Virus record (IMG/VR): IMGVR_UViG_3300016662_000040
Coordinates: 1 to 34,596 of that record
Length of the DNA stretch: 34,596 bases
Origin: a virus
Lineage: Duplodnaviria; Caudoviricetes
Strand: one strand, 5' to 3'
Both the position numbers and the translations under genes were made by a program. Numbering within the stretch: the first letter of the stretch is position 1; each line of letters opens with the position of its first letter. The notes under the pieces are model-generated. The model was not told the origin of the DNA. It made no database searches and was given only the letters and a program-made list of their open reading frames with translations. Shown here piece after piece: positions 7,256 to 16,039 of this stretch.

Positions 7256-7822
7256 GTGGCAACCAAAGGCGGCAAAAGGCCGGGCGCAGGGCGCAAGCCG
7301 AAGGGAGATAAGGCGGCGCTTCCGCCAGCTCCACCATCCCCGCCGCCAACCCCCAAAAAGCCCGCAAAGCCACGCCAGCCGGTCGTTTACAGCGATGCAA
7401 TTGCCGATGAGATTTGCGCTCGGCTGGCGGCTGGCGAGTCGCTTCGATCGATCTGTGAAGACGAACACCTTCCCGACGAATCCACTGTGCGCGGATGGGT
7501 GATAGACAACCTGCACGACTTTGCCCCGCAATACGCGCGCGCGCGCGAGATCGGCTACGAGCGCATGGCCGAGGAAATTCTGGAGATCGCCAACACCCCG
7601 CAGATCGGCCAGAAGACCGTGAGCAAGGCCACGGGCCTGGAAATCAGCGAGGGCGACATGATCGAGCACCGCCGGCTGCAGGTTGAAACCCGCAAGTGGC
7701 TGCTGTCCAAGATGCTGCCCAAGGTCTACGGCGACAAACAGCAGGTCGAGCACTCAGGCGCCATTGACTTGGCCGCCATCCTCTCCGCCCGAAAGCGCAG
7801 CAATGGCCAAGCAGAATCCTGA
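7256..7822 (+). CDS. terS: Terminase small subunit (Sf6 gp1-like)
   Basis: GGKRPGAGRKP; YSDAIADEICARLAAGESLRSIC..P..STV.GW; QYARARE; RLQVETRKWLLSKMLPKVYGDK. Confidence 0.92.
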   Translation: MATKGGKRPGAGRKPKGDKAALPPAPPSPPPTPKKPAKPRQPVVYSDAIADEICARLAAGESLRSICEDEHLPDESTVRGWVIDNLHDFAPQYARAREIGYERMAEEILEIANTPQIGQKTVSKATGLEISEGDMIEHRRLQVETRKWLLSKMLPKVYGDKQQVEHSGAIDLAAILSARKRSNGQAES

Positions 7823-9356
7823 GGTGATGCTGGCCGAGGACCTGGCCGGGTTCTATGCGGACCCGCTGGGGTTCGTCATGTACGCGTTCCCCTGGGACAC
7901 CGACAAGAGCCTGCAGCTGGTCGAACTGGCCGAGCCCTGGGCCTCGCGCTACGGCTGCAAGTACGGGCCCGACCAGTGGGCCTGCGAGATGCTGGACCAG
8001 CTGGGCGAGGAGGTGAAGAAGCGCAACTTCGATGGTGTCACCGCGGTGCCCCCCATTCAGTTCGCCATCAGCTCGGGCCACGGGATCGGCAAATCCGCCA
8101 TGGCCGCCTGGCTGGTGATGTGGATCATGTCCACCAGGCCGCACAGCAAGGGCGTGGTGACGGCCAACACGGCCGAGCAGCTGAGCAGCAAAACCTGGGC
8201 GGGCGTGTCGGGCTGGCTCTCCCGGGCCGTGAACAAGCACTGGTTCCAGATCACCACCGGCAAGGGCGCGATGCGCCTGGTGCACAAGCAGCACCCGGAC
8301 ACCTGGCGCGTGGATGCCCAGACCAGCCGCGAGGAGAACAGCGAATCCTTCGCCGGCCTGCACGCCGCGAGCTCCACGCCCTGGTATCTGTTCGATGAGG
8401 CCTCGGCCATCCCCACCAAGATCTGGGAGGTTGCGGAGGGCGGCAAGACCGACGGCGAGCCCATGCACTTCGCCTTCGGCAACCCGACCCGGAACACAGG
8501 CGCCTTTGCTGAATGCTTCGGCAAGCACCGCCATCGTTGGATCACCCGGCAGATCGACAGCCGCACGGTGGCCATCACCAACAAGGCCACGCTGAACGGC
8601 TGGGTGCGGGACTACGGCGAGGACTCGGACTTCGTGAAAGTCCGCGTGCGGGGCGTGTTCCCCAATGCCTCCAGCTTGCAGTTCATCGACCGTGAGCGCG
8701 TGGACGGCGCCATGGGCAGGGATGTCCAGACAGAGCGCTTCATCGGCAAGTCCTGCGCTGTCGGGGTGGATGTGGCCCGCTTTGGCGATGACAAGAGCGT
8801 CATTCGCACCCGGATCGGGCGCGATGCCAAGTCCATCAAGGCCAAGAAGTTCCGCGAGCTGGACACCATGCAGCTGGCCAGCAAGGTGGCCGAGCACGTC
8901 GAGATGCTGCGCCAGTTGGGGCTCAGGCCGGTGGTGTTTGTGGACGGTGGCGGCGTGGGCGGCGGGGTTGTCGATCGCCTGCGCCAGATGAACTACGACG
9001 TGATCGAGGTGCAGTTCGGCAGCAAAGCGGACGAGCCCAAGAAGTACCTGAACAAGCGCGCTGAGATGTGGGGGCGCATGAAGGACTGGCTGGCCACCGG
9101 CGGCCTGGAGAAGGACGAAGAGCTGGCCACCGACCTGACGAACGTCGAATACCAGTTCACCGCGGCTGACCAGATCCAGCTGGAGAGCAAGGAACACATG
9201 AAGCAGCGCGGCCTGCCGTCGCCTGACGATGGGGACGCCTTGGCCTTGACCTTCGCCTACCCGGTGCCCGAGTTCACCCCGCAGGAGCTGGGCCAGCCAA
9301 GTGGTGCACGTAACAACCGGCGTGAATACGACCCTTACGCACATCTCGATCAGTAG
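7803..9356 (+). CDS. terL: Terminase large subunit
   Basis: Walker A SSGHGIGKS, Walker B LFDEAS, GNP coupling motif, nuclease GVDVARFGDD and SPDDGDALALTFA. Confidence 0.95.
   Translation: MAKQNPEVMLAEDLAGFYADPLGFVMYAFPWDTDKSLQLVELAEPWASRYGCKYGPDQWACEMLDQLGEEVKKRNFDGVTAVPPIQFAISSGHGIGKSAMAAWLVMWIMSTRPHSKGVVTANTAEQLSSKTWAGVSGWLSRAVNKHWFQITTGKGAMRLVHKQHPDTWRVDAQTSREENSESFAGLHAASSTPWYLFDEASAIPTKIWEVAEGGKTDGEPMHFAFGNPTRNTGAFAECFGKHRHRWITRQIDSRTVAITNKATLNGWVRDYGEDSDFVKVRVRGVFPNASSLQFIDRERVDGAMGRDVQTERFIGKSCAVGVDVARFGDDKSVIRTRIGRDAKSIKAKKFRELDTMQLASKVAEHVEMLRQLGLRPVVFVDGGGVGGGVVDRLRQMNYDVIEVQFGSKADEPKKYLNKRAEMWGRMKDWLATGGLEKDEELATDLTNVEYQFTAADQIQLESKEHMKQRGLPSPDDGDALALTFAYPVPEFTPQELGQPSGARNNRREYDPYAHLDQ
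9303..9335 (+). promoter_or_regulatory. Late-promoter motif copy
   Basis: GGTGCACGTAAC-N15-GACCCT within the 3' end of terL, upstream of the 9366 gene and the portal. Confidence 0.7.
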
Positions 9357-9365
9357 GACAAGATC

Positions 9366-9677
9366 ATGTGCGACCCAGTAACCGCCACGGCTGTCATCGG
9401 CGGGCTTGGTGCTGCTGCCCAGTACAGCCAAGCCAAGGAAGCCGACTATCAGCAGCGCGTGGCCACTGACCAGGCCGCGAAACAGGCTGCTGCCACGGCT
9501 GACGCAGCCGACCAGGCCACAAACCGGGCCAACGCCAAGAGCCCGGACATCGCCGCGGTGACCTCTGCCAACGCCATGGCGGCCAAGGGCGGCCAGTCCG
9601 GCACCATGCTCACCGGCCCGTCTGGCGTGGATACGTCCAGCCTGCTGCTCGGTAAAAAGACCCTCTTGGGCGGCTGA
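9366..9677 (+). CDS. Small Ala-rich virion protein preceding the portal
   Basis: AGGA RBS; MC start; C-terminal GTMLTGPSG...LGKKTLLGG, typical of pre-portal genes in this podovirus group. Confidence 0.75.
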   Translation: MCDPVTATAVIGGLGAAAQYSQAKEADYQQRVATDQAAKQAAATADAADQATNRANAKSPDIAAVTSANAMAAKGGQSGTMLTGPSGVDTSSLLLGKKTLLGG

Positions 9678-9679
9678 GC

Positions 9680-11362
9680 ATGAGCGATCCAACTCCCAAG
9701 GTCTCCAAGCCGCAGCGCTACTACACCCGGTGGGGTGCGCTCAAGACCGAGCGCGCCACCTGGTTGATGCACTGGAAAGAAATCAGCGACAACATCCTGC
9801 CCAGGTCTGGCCGGTTCTTCCTGATGGACCGCAACCGCGGCCAGAAGCGGCACAACAACATCCTGGACAACACCGGCACGCGGGCCTTGCGCATCCTGGC
9901 GGCCGGGATGATGGCTGGCATGTCGAGCCCGGCCCGGCCCTGGTTCCGGCTGCAGACGCCTGACGCCGACCTGAACAAGGCCCCCGCGGTCAAGGTGTGG
10001 CTGAACCAGACCACCCAGCTGATGCTGGATGTGTTCGCCAAGTCCAATACCTACCGCGCGTTGCACTCCTGCTACGAGGAGCTGGGCGCCTTCGGCACCT
10101 GTGCCTCGATCATCATGCCGGACTTTGAGAACGTGATTCAGCACTACCCGCTGACCACGGGCGAGTTCTGCTTGGCCCAGAACTGGAAGGGCGAGATCAC
10201 CACGCTGTACCGCGAGTTCCAGAAGACCGTGGGCGAGCTGGTGAGCGAGTTCGGCCTGGAGCAGTGCAGCCAGTCCACGCAGAACCTGTGGCGCAACGGC
10301 AGCCTCGATGTCTGGGTGACCGTAGTGCACGCCATCGAGCCCCGGGCTGATCGGGACGCCACCAAGCGCGACAGCCTGAACATGCCCTGGGCCTCGGTCT
10401 ATTTCGAGCTCAACCACGGCGACAAATTCCTGAGCGAATCCGGGTTCAAGCGCTTTCCGGCCCTGGCCGCGCGCTGGGCGACATCGGGCAGTGACATCTA
10501 CGGCAACAGCCCTGGCATGGACGCGCTGGGCGACATCCGCCAGTTGCAGCACGAGCAGCTGCGCAAGGCCCAGGGCATCGACTACAAAATCATACCCCCG
10601 CTGCAGGTGCCGTATAGCCTCAAGAACCGCGATGTGGACAGGCTGCCGGGCGGCATTAATTTCGTGGAAAGCGCAGGGCCAGCCAACACGATCACGACCG
10701 CCTATGACGTCAACATCGACCTGAATCACCTGCTGGAGGACATCCAGGATGTGCGCGAGCGCATCAAGCAGGCCTTTTCGGCTGACCTGTTCCTGATGCT
10801 GGCCAACAGCTCCAACCCGGCCATGACCGCCACCGAGGTGGCCGAGCGGCACGAGGAAAAGATGCTGATGCTGGGCCCGGTGCTGGAGCGCCTGCACTCC
10901 GAACTGCTGGACCCGCTGATCGAATCGGCGTTCGAGCACATGGTGGAGGCCGGCATTCTGCCGCCCGCACCGCCCGAGATGCAGGGCATGGAGCTGAACG
11001 TGGTCTACACGTCGATCCTGGCTCAAGCGCAGAAGGCCGTGGCCACCAACTCCATCGACAAGTTCGTCGGCAACCTGGGCGCCGTGGCTCAGTTCAAGCC
11101 CGACGTGCTGGACAAATTCGACTCTGACGTGTGGGCCGACAAGTACGCAGACGTGCTGGGTGTTGACCCGGAAATGATCGTGTCCGCCGACCAGGTGGCG
11201 GAGCTCCGCCGTCTGCGCGCACAGGTTCAGGCCCGTCAGGCGGAGATCCAACAAGCCGAGCAGATGGCCAGCGCAGCCCAGAAGCTCGGGACGATTTCCA
11301 CCCCCGGGGGCAATGCCGCGAACGACGTGATGGCGGGCCTGACCGGGTACACAACCGCATGA
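9680..11362 (+). CDS. Portal (head-tail connector) protein
   Basis: 560 aa; LAAGMMAGMSSPARPWF, YGNSPGMDALGD, MTATEVAERHEEKMLMLGPVLERL. Confidence 0.93.
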   Translation: MSDPTPKVSKPQRYYTRWGALKTERATWLMHWKEISDNILPRSGRFFLMDRNRGQKRHNNILDNTGTRALRILAAGMMAGMSSPARPWFRLQTPDADLNKAPAVKVWLNQTTQLMLDVFAKSNTYRALHSCYEELGAFGTCASIIMPDFENVIQHYPLTTGEFCLAQNWKGEITTLYREFQKTVGELVSEFGLEQCSQSTQNLWRNGSLDVWVTVVHAIEPRADRDATKRDSLNMPWASVYFELNHGDKFLSESGFKRFPALAARWATSGSDIYGNSPGMDALGDIRQLQHEQLRKAQGIDYKIIPPLQVPYSLKNRDVDRLPGGINFVESAGPANTITTAYDVNIDLNHLLEDIQDVRERIKQAFSADLFLMLANSSNPAMTATEVAERHEEKMLMLGPVLERLHSELLDPLIESAFEHMVEAGILPPAPPEMQGMELNVVYTSILAQAQKAVATNSIDKFVGNLGAVAQFKPDVLDKFDSDVWADKYADVLGVDPEMIVSADQVAELRRLRAQVQARQAEIQQAEQMASAAQKLGTISTPGGNAANDVMAGLTGYTTA

Positions 11363-11369
11363 GGGCGCC

Positions 11370-11678
11370 ATGGCGAACATGAACATCAAATCGGACGACT
11401 CCGTCTACCCATCTGGCGATTACGACGCGAGCCCCGAGATCTACCTGACCGATGACCAGGTAGAGGCGCTCGGCATCACCTCGCCGCCGGCACCGGGCAC
11501 GGTCTACATGCTGCGCGTGCGTGCTGTGGCCACCCGGGTGACGGCTGAGCTGGAGGAACCCGACGAGGTGAAGGCCGAGGGCAACGCGCCCGACGTCTCG
11601 CTGTGCCTTCGCCTGACTGACATCGAAATCGCGCAAGGGGGCGGCAAGGACGCCGCGACCCTGCTCTATGGCGCTTGA
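11370..11678 (+). CDS. Epsilon15 gp10-like capsid staple protein
   Basis: IYLTDDQVEALGI..PPAPGTVYMLRVRAVATRV...VSLCLRLTDIEIA...LLYG resembles the epsilon15 gp10 pattern as I recall it. Confidence 0.6.
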   Translation: MANMNIKSDDSVYPSGDYDASPEIYLTDDQVEALGITSPPAPGTVYMLRVRAVATRVTAELEEPDEVKAEGNAPDVSLCLRLTDIEIAQGGGKDAATLLYGA

Positions 11679-11696
11679 AACTGAGGAAGAACCATC

Positions 11697-13031
11697 ATGA
11701 CCCACATGCACCCTGGACTGCCGTTTCTGTTTGACGATGTGACCGAAAACATGGTCGGTCTGAAGCAGCCGAATGGCGCTGAGAAATTGCTCTTGGGGCC
11801 AATGGCCAACGGGGATATCGATCCTGTGTCGGCGGCAGCGCATGCACTAGAGCATGCTGGGATGGGGGTGAACCCTGGCCTCTCAAAATACACCGGTATC
11901 GTCGCTGACCGGACCCGCCTTTGCTACAACCTGCTGACAAACCTGAAACAGGGCGGCGGGTTGCTGGGCTTCTACGCTATGGACGACATTACGCCAGCGA
12001 CCGAACTGCAAATCGTGGATGTGGGCTTTTCGTCTAAAGCCTCTGGGATTGATCAGTTTGATCTGACAACTCACTATGCAATTGAATATGCCGGGGTTGT
12101 CACACCTATAAAGTACTCCGGCAATTCAACTGGCACCGTTGCAGCAGGCGGTACTATTGTGAGCGACGTATACAGGCCGCCGGTCACTATTCCGAGAGGT
12201 GCAAGGGCATTACTCCATGTCTACAAAACATCTACTGTCGGGCTGCCGATGGTGGGGGGTGTAAATATCCCGTACTGCGACCACAACGCAGGCGATAAGT
12301 TTGAGTACGCTGCGAGCGGACTGACTGACAAGGTGGGGATCGGGGGCTGGACCAATACTGATTCGACGGGCGGGTTTTCATCACCCCCGTTTGCGATCAT
12401 TGGGAAAACGGCTCGTCGATCCTTTGCAATGGTTGCTGATTCTCGCGGAACAGGAATCTTGGATCACTGGGGCAACTACAGGCGTCATCGTGGTGTCCTG
12501 GAGCGTTCAATTTGTCCGTATTTTGGGAACACCTCGATCTCACAGTCGAGTATGAGCATTGCAACGCTGATCGGGCAACCCCTGATGCTGGCTGCTGCAA
12601 ACGCCTACGCATCAGACATCATCATCCAGATGGGCACCAATGACCTTGGCGCCGGGGTGTCCACCATCAAATCCCGTCTTGAAACTTTGATTGCGGCATT
12701 TCCTGGCAAGCGTGTCTGGGTCACGACCATTAACCCGATCACGACATCCACTGACTCCTGGGCTACTCTGGCCAACCAAACTGTTGGCGCCAATGAAGCG
12801 GATCGCGTGGGCATCAACTATCTGATCCGAGGCAATGCCATCGCTGGCATGTACGGATGCCTCGATACCGCCGACGTGTGCGAGATGGCCCGCAGTGGCA
12901 AGTGGAACACAGCCTACACCAGCGACCCGAGCCAGTACGTGGCGTTTGAGGGTCTGCACGAGACATCGCTGATGTGCCAAGCCATTGCCCAGGCTCGCGT
13001 GATTGATCCGCTGCGGTTGGGCTACACCTGA
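11697..13031 (+). CDS. SGNH/GDSL-family hydrolase (putative carbohydrate esterase), inserted in the head module
   Basis: Block I FAMVADSRG, block III IIQMGTNDL, block V FEGLH. Visibly lower GC3 than the flanking genes. GAGGA RBS. Confidence 0.75.
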   Translation: MTHMHPGLPFLFDDVTENMVGLKQPNGAEKLLLGPMANGDIDPVSAAAHALEHAGMGVNPGLSKYTGIVADRTRLCYNLLTNLKQGGGLLGFYAMDDITPATELQIVDVGFSSKASGIDQFDLTTHYAIEYAGVVTPIKYSGNSTGTVAAGGTIVSDVYRPPVTIPRGARALLHVYKTSTVGLPMVGGVNIPYCDHNAGDKFEYAASGLTDKVGIGGWTNTDSTGGFSSPPFAIIGKTARRSFAMVADSRGTGILDHWGNYRRHRGVLERSICPYFGNTSISQSSMSIATLIGQPLMLAAANAYASDIIIQMGTNDLGAGVSTIKSRLETLIAAFPGKRVWVTTINPITTSTDSWATLANQTVGANEADRVGINYLIRGNAIAGMYGCLDTADVCEMARSGKWNTAYTSDPSQYVAFEGLHETSLMCQAIAQARVIDPLRLGYT

Positions 13032-13139
13032 CCACCAGCTAACTGAGCTGCTGCCCTATCCGCCCAACCCCGCGCCACTTCTGCCCTGGCTCGGGTCTCT
13101 GCAGGAAATCGGGCGCAGGTCGGACTTGAGCCACTACCC

Positions 13140-13163
13140 AACCCGCTTCCGCGGGTTTTTTTT
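13140..13163 (+). terminator. Intrinsic terminator
   Basis: AACCCGC-ttcc-GCGGGTT followed by a T run. Confidence 0.85.
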
Positions 13164-13196
13164 ACGCCCGCACCTCGTGGGCCATTCCCCACCACC

Positions 13197-13226
13197 AAAC
13201 CCGCCAGCGAGCGGGTTTTTTCTTTT
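13197..13226 (+). terminator. Second intrinsic terminator
   Basis: AAACCCGC-cagcga-GCGGGTTT-TTTCTTTT. Confidence 0.85.
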
Positions 13227-13260
13227 CTGGAGTGACCTTCGATGTCAACCATACCGGGGT

Positions 13261-13293
13261 GGTGCACGTAACGCGCACCCCGGCCGGGACCAT
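13261..13293 (+). promoter_or_regulatory. Late-promoter motif copy
   Basis: GGTGCACGTAAC-N15-GACCAT-N6-ATG(13300), directly after the double terminator. Confidence 0.75.
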
Positions 13294-13299
13294 GCGTCC

Positions 13300-13608
13300 A
13301 TGTCCGACATCGACCTCCACGATTCTCAGGCCGCAGAAGCCGCACGGGATCGCCGCGCCAAAGCGGTGAAGAACGCTGCTGCGACGCGGCTGGAGGACGT
13401 TCGGTGGTTGATGTCGTCCGCTCGTGGGCGTCGCATCGTGTGGCACGACCTGGAAGAGGCCGGCGTGTTCCGCACCTCTTTCAACACCAACTCCATGACC
13501 ATGGCATTCGCCGAGGGCCAGCGCAACGCGGGCCTGAAGCTGCTGGCCGAGGTCATGGATGCGGCGCCTGAGCAGTACCAGCAAATGGTCAAGGAAGCCC
13601 GCAAATGA
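13300..13608 (+). CDS. Bbp19-like conserved head-module protein
   Basis: DVRWLMSSARGRRIVW..LEEAGVFRTSF...MAFAEGQRNAGL. Confidence 0.8.
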   Translation: MSDIDLHDSQAAEAARDRRAKAVKNAAATRLEDVRWLMSSARGRRIVWHDLEEAGVFRTSFNTNSMTMAFAEGQRNAGLKLLAEVMDAAPEQYQQMVKEARK

Positions 13609-14276
13609 GTGATTCCGCAACCCTGATGACGGACGGCGCCAATACCACGCCCGCTGTTGCCGCATCTCCCGCCCCCGCAGACGCGGCAAGCCAAGCGCCC
13701 AACGGTGCAGCCCCTGCCGCAGACCCGGGTGCAACCCAGCAACCCACTGACGGCAAGACCCCGGACACCCCGGAGGTCAAAACCGATGACAGCAAGCCGC
13801 CTGAAAAGGTGGTCCCCGAGAAGTACGAGCTCAAGGCGCCCGAGGGCGTGACCTTGGACTCCGAGGTCCTGGGCGAGTTCGAAGGCATTGCCAAAGAACT
13901 CAAGCTGTCCCAGGAGGACGCACAGAAGGTGGCCGACCTGGGGGCAAAACTCTCCCAGAAGTTCGCCACCGCTCAGGCGCAAGCCATCGAGGACGCATCC
14001 AGCGCCTGGGTGGCTGCCGTGACCGCTGACAAGGAAATCGGGGGCGAGAAGCTGACCGAGAACCTGGCCAGCGCTCAGAAGGCCCTGCAGGCCTTCGGCT
14101 CGCCCGAGCTGTCGAAGCTGCTGAACGAGTCCCGCCTCGGCAACCACCCGGAGGTGATCCGGCTGATGGCCAAGGTGGGCAAGGCAATTTCCGAGGACCG
14201 CATGGTTACCGGCGGCGCAGGCCCTTCGCGGGAAGGCCCCAAGACGGCGGCCGAAGTCCTCTATCCGTCCAAGTGA
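13605..14276 (+). CDS. Capsid scaffolding protein
   Basis: Ala/Pro-rich N-terminus, VPEKYELKAPEG, KELKLSQEDAQK, LGNHPEVIRLMAKVGKAISED, ..AEVLYP; directly before the capsid gene. Confidence 0.82.
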   Translation: MSDSATLMTDGANTTPAVAASPAPADAASQAPNGAAPAADPGATQQPTDGKTPDTPEVKTDDSKPPEKVVPEKYELKAPEGVTLDSEVLGEFEGIAKELKLSQEDAQKVADLGAKLSQKFATAQAQAIEDASSAWVAAVTADKEIGGEKLTENLASAQKALQAFGSPELSKLLNESRLGNHPEVIRLMAKVGKAISEDRMVTGGAGPSREGPKTAAEVLYPSK

Positions 14277-14296
14277 AGTTTTTGAAAGGAACCGCA

Positions 14297-15439
14297 ATGA
14301 AAGCGAAAGCAATTTTCAAGACCCATGGCTTCCAGATGATCCTGGTCGCTGCCGTGCTGTTTGCCTGCTACAGCGTTGGCCTCATCGGCCCGCACGAGGT
14401 GGCTCTCGGCATGCTCGCGGGCACGACCCTCAGCACCAACGCGCTCACCCTGGCTGACTGGTCCAAGCGTCTCGACCCCGATGGCCAAGTGCCTCAGGTG
14501 GCCGAGCTGCTCTCCCAGACCAATGAGATCCTGGAAGATGCGCTGTTCATGGAGGGCAACCTGCCGACCGGTCACCGATTGACCATCCGCACCGGTCTGC
14601 CCCAGGTGTTCTACCGCATGATCAACCAGGGCGTGCCGACCAGCAAGTCGACCACCGCCCAGATCGAGGAGGGCTGCGGCATCCTGGAGGCCCGCAGCCA
14701 CATCGACAAGGAGCTGGCCATCTTGAACGGCAACAGTGGCGCCTTCCGCCTGTCGGAAGATCAAGCGTACCTGGAAGCCATGAACCAAACCATGGCCGGC
14801 GCGATGTTCTACGGCAACCCGAGCACCAACCCGCGCGAGTTCCTGGGCCTGCAGACCCGCTATTCCAGCCTGAGCGCCGGCAACGGTGCCAACATCCTGG
14901 ACGCTGGCGGCACTGGTTCGAACAACGCGTCGATCTGGCTGGTGGTATGGGGCGCCAACACCGTGTTCTGCCCCTTCCCGAAGGGCACCAAGGCAGGCCT
15001 GTCGCACCAAGACCTGGGCGAAGAATCGGTGCCGGACGCCAGCGGCAACTTCTATCAGGCCCTGCGCGCGCTGTACCAATGGAAGAACGGTGTGGCCGTG
15101 AAGGACTGGCGCTACGTGGTCCGCATCGCCAACATCAACGTGAGCGATCTGACCGGCCAATCCGGCACCCAGGCCGCCAGCGCTGCCACCACGATCATCA
15201 ACCTGATGAGCCGCGCTCTGGACCGCGTGCCGAACCTGGGCATGGGTCGTCCGGCCTTCTATATGAACCGAACGATGTACTCGATGCTGCGCGTGGCGGC
15301 TCTGAACAAGAGCAACGCCGCCCTGTCGATCGAGAAGGCCATGACGCAGTTCGGCACCCCGGCCAACTGGACCACCTTCCTGGGTGTTCCGCTGCGCAAG
15401 GTGGACCAGCTGCTGAACACCGAAAGCCGCGTGGTCTAA
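14297..15439 (+). CDS. Major capsid protein (BPP-1 Bbp17/epsilon15 gp7-like) with a hydrophobic N-terminal extension
   Basis: TLADWSKRLDPDG, ELLSQTNEILED, RTGLP, FYGN...EFLGL, DWRYVVRIANI, FLGVPLRKVDQLLNTES. AAAGGA RBS before 14297; alternative Met at 14411. Confidence 0.93.
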   Translation: MKAKAIFKTHGFQMILVAAVLFACYSVGLIGPHEVALGMLAGTTLSTNALTLADWSKRLDPDGQVPQVAELLSQTNEILEDALFMEGNLPTGHRLTIRTGLPQVFYRMINQGVPTSKSTTAQIEEGCGILEARSHIDKELAILNGNSGAFRLSEDQAYLEAMNQTMAGAMFYGNPSTNPREFLGLQTRYSSLSAGNGANILDAGGTGSNNASIWLVVWGANTVFCPFPKGTKAGLSHQDLGEESVPDASGNFYQALRALYQWKNGVAVKDWRYVVRIANINVSDLTGQSGTQAASAATTIINLMSRALDRVPNLGMGRPAFYMNRTMYSMLRVAALNKSNAALSIEKAMTQFGTPANWTTFLGVPLRKVDQLLNTESRVV

Positions 15440-15447
15440 GGCAAGCA

Positions 15448-15463
15448 GGGGGCTCCGGCCCCC
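15448..15463 (+). terminator. Intercistronic GC hairpin (weak terminator or mRNA stabiliser)
   Basis: GGGGGC-TCCG-GCCCCC after the capsid stop. Confidence 0.55.
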
Positions 15464-15491
15464 GTTTCCAAACCTCATTCAAGGAAAAATC

Positions 15492-15983
15492 ATGATCCTC
15501 GACGCAAACATTCTGCTGTCCGGCTCGGTGTCGGCCGGCGTGCTCTCTGGCCAGGCCATCGCGGGCACCAACACCTCGGTGCTGTCCACCAACACCTACG
15601 ACATCGCTCCGCTCAGCCTGGGCGGCAACCAGCCGGGCGACCTGGGCGCTGGCGAAAGCATGCGCCTGGAATTCAGCGTGCTGACTGGCCCATCCGCCGG
15701 CACCTCGATCCAGTTCCAGCTGATCCAGGCCGATGACGCCGCGCTGTCTTCGAACGTGCAGGTGATCAACCAGACCGACGCGATCCCCATCGCATCGCTG
15801 CCCAACGGCAGTCTGGTGCCCCTGCACTACGACCGCACCGCCCCGTATGCCCCCAAGCGTTACATCGGTGCCCGCTACGTGCTGGTCGGCGCCATCGCAG
15901 GCGCGAGCATCGCGTGCTCGCTGGTCAAGGATGTTCAGGACGTCAAGAACATCTACTACAAGTCCGGCTTCACGGTCGCCTGA
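15492..15983 (+). CDS. Bbp16-like capsid cement protein
   Basis: MILDANILLS...STNTYDI...GDLGAGE.MRLEFSV...IQFQL..ADDAA...RYIGARY; directly after the capsid gene. Confidence 0.78.
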   Translation: MILDANILLSGSVSAGVLSGQAIAGTNTSVLSTNTYDIAPLSLGGNQPGDLGAGESMRLEFSVLTGPSAGTSIQFQLIQADDAALSSNVQVINQTDAIPIASLPNGSLVPLHYDRTAPYAPKRYIGARYVLVGAIAGASIACSLVKDVQDVKNIYYKSGFTVA

Positions 15984-15989
15984 TCAACC

Positions 15990-16007
15990 GCGGGGCTCCG
16001 GCCCCGC
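15990..16007 (+). terminator. Intercistronic GC hairpin
   Basis: GCGGGGC-TCCG-GCCCCGC then a pyrimidine tract; shares 14 nt with the hairpin at 15448. Confidence 0.55.
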
Positions 16008-16039
16008 CTTCCTTGTTCCTCAATCACTGAAAGAACACC

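Noticed and set aside
13087-13133. tRNA gene (ends in CCA; GGCTCAAGTCC on the minus strand)
   Set aside because: Too short, and no cloverleaf or proper T-stem; kept only as a hairpin.
13003-13299. N-terminal extension of the 13003..13608 track ORF
   Set aside because: It runs through two terminators and the promoter motif; the likely start is 13300.
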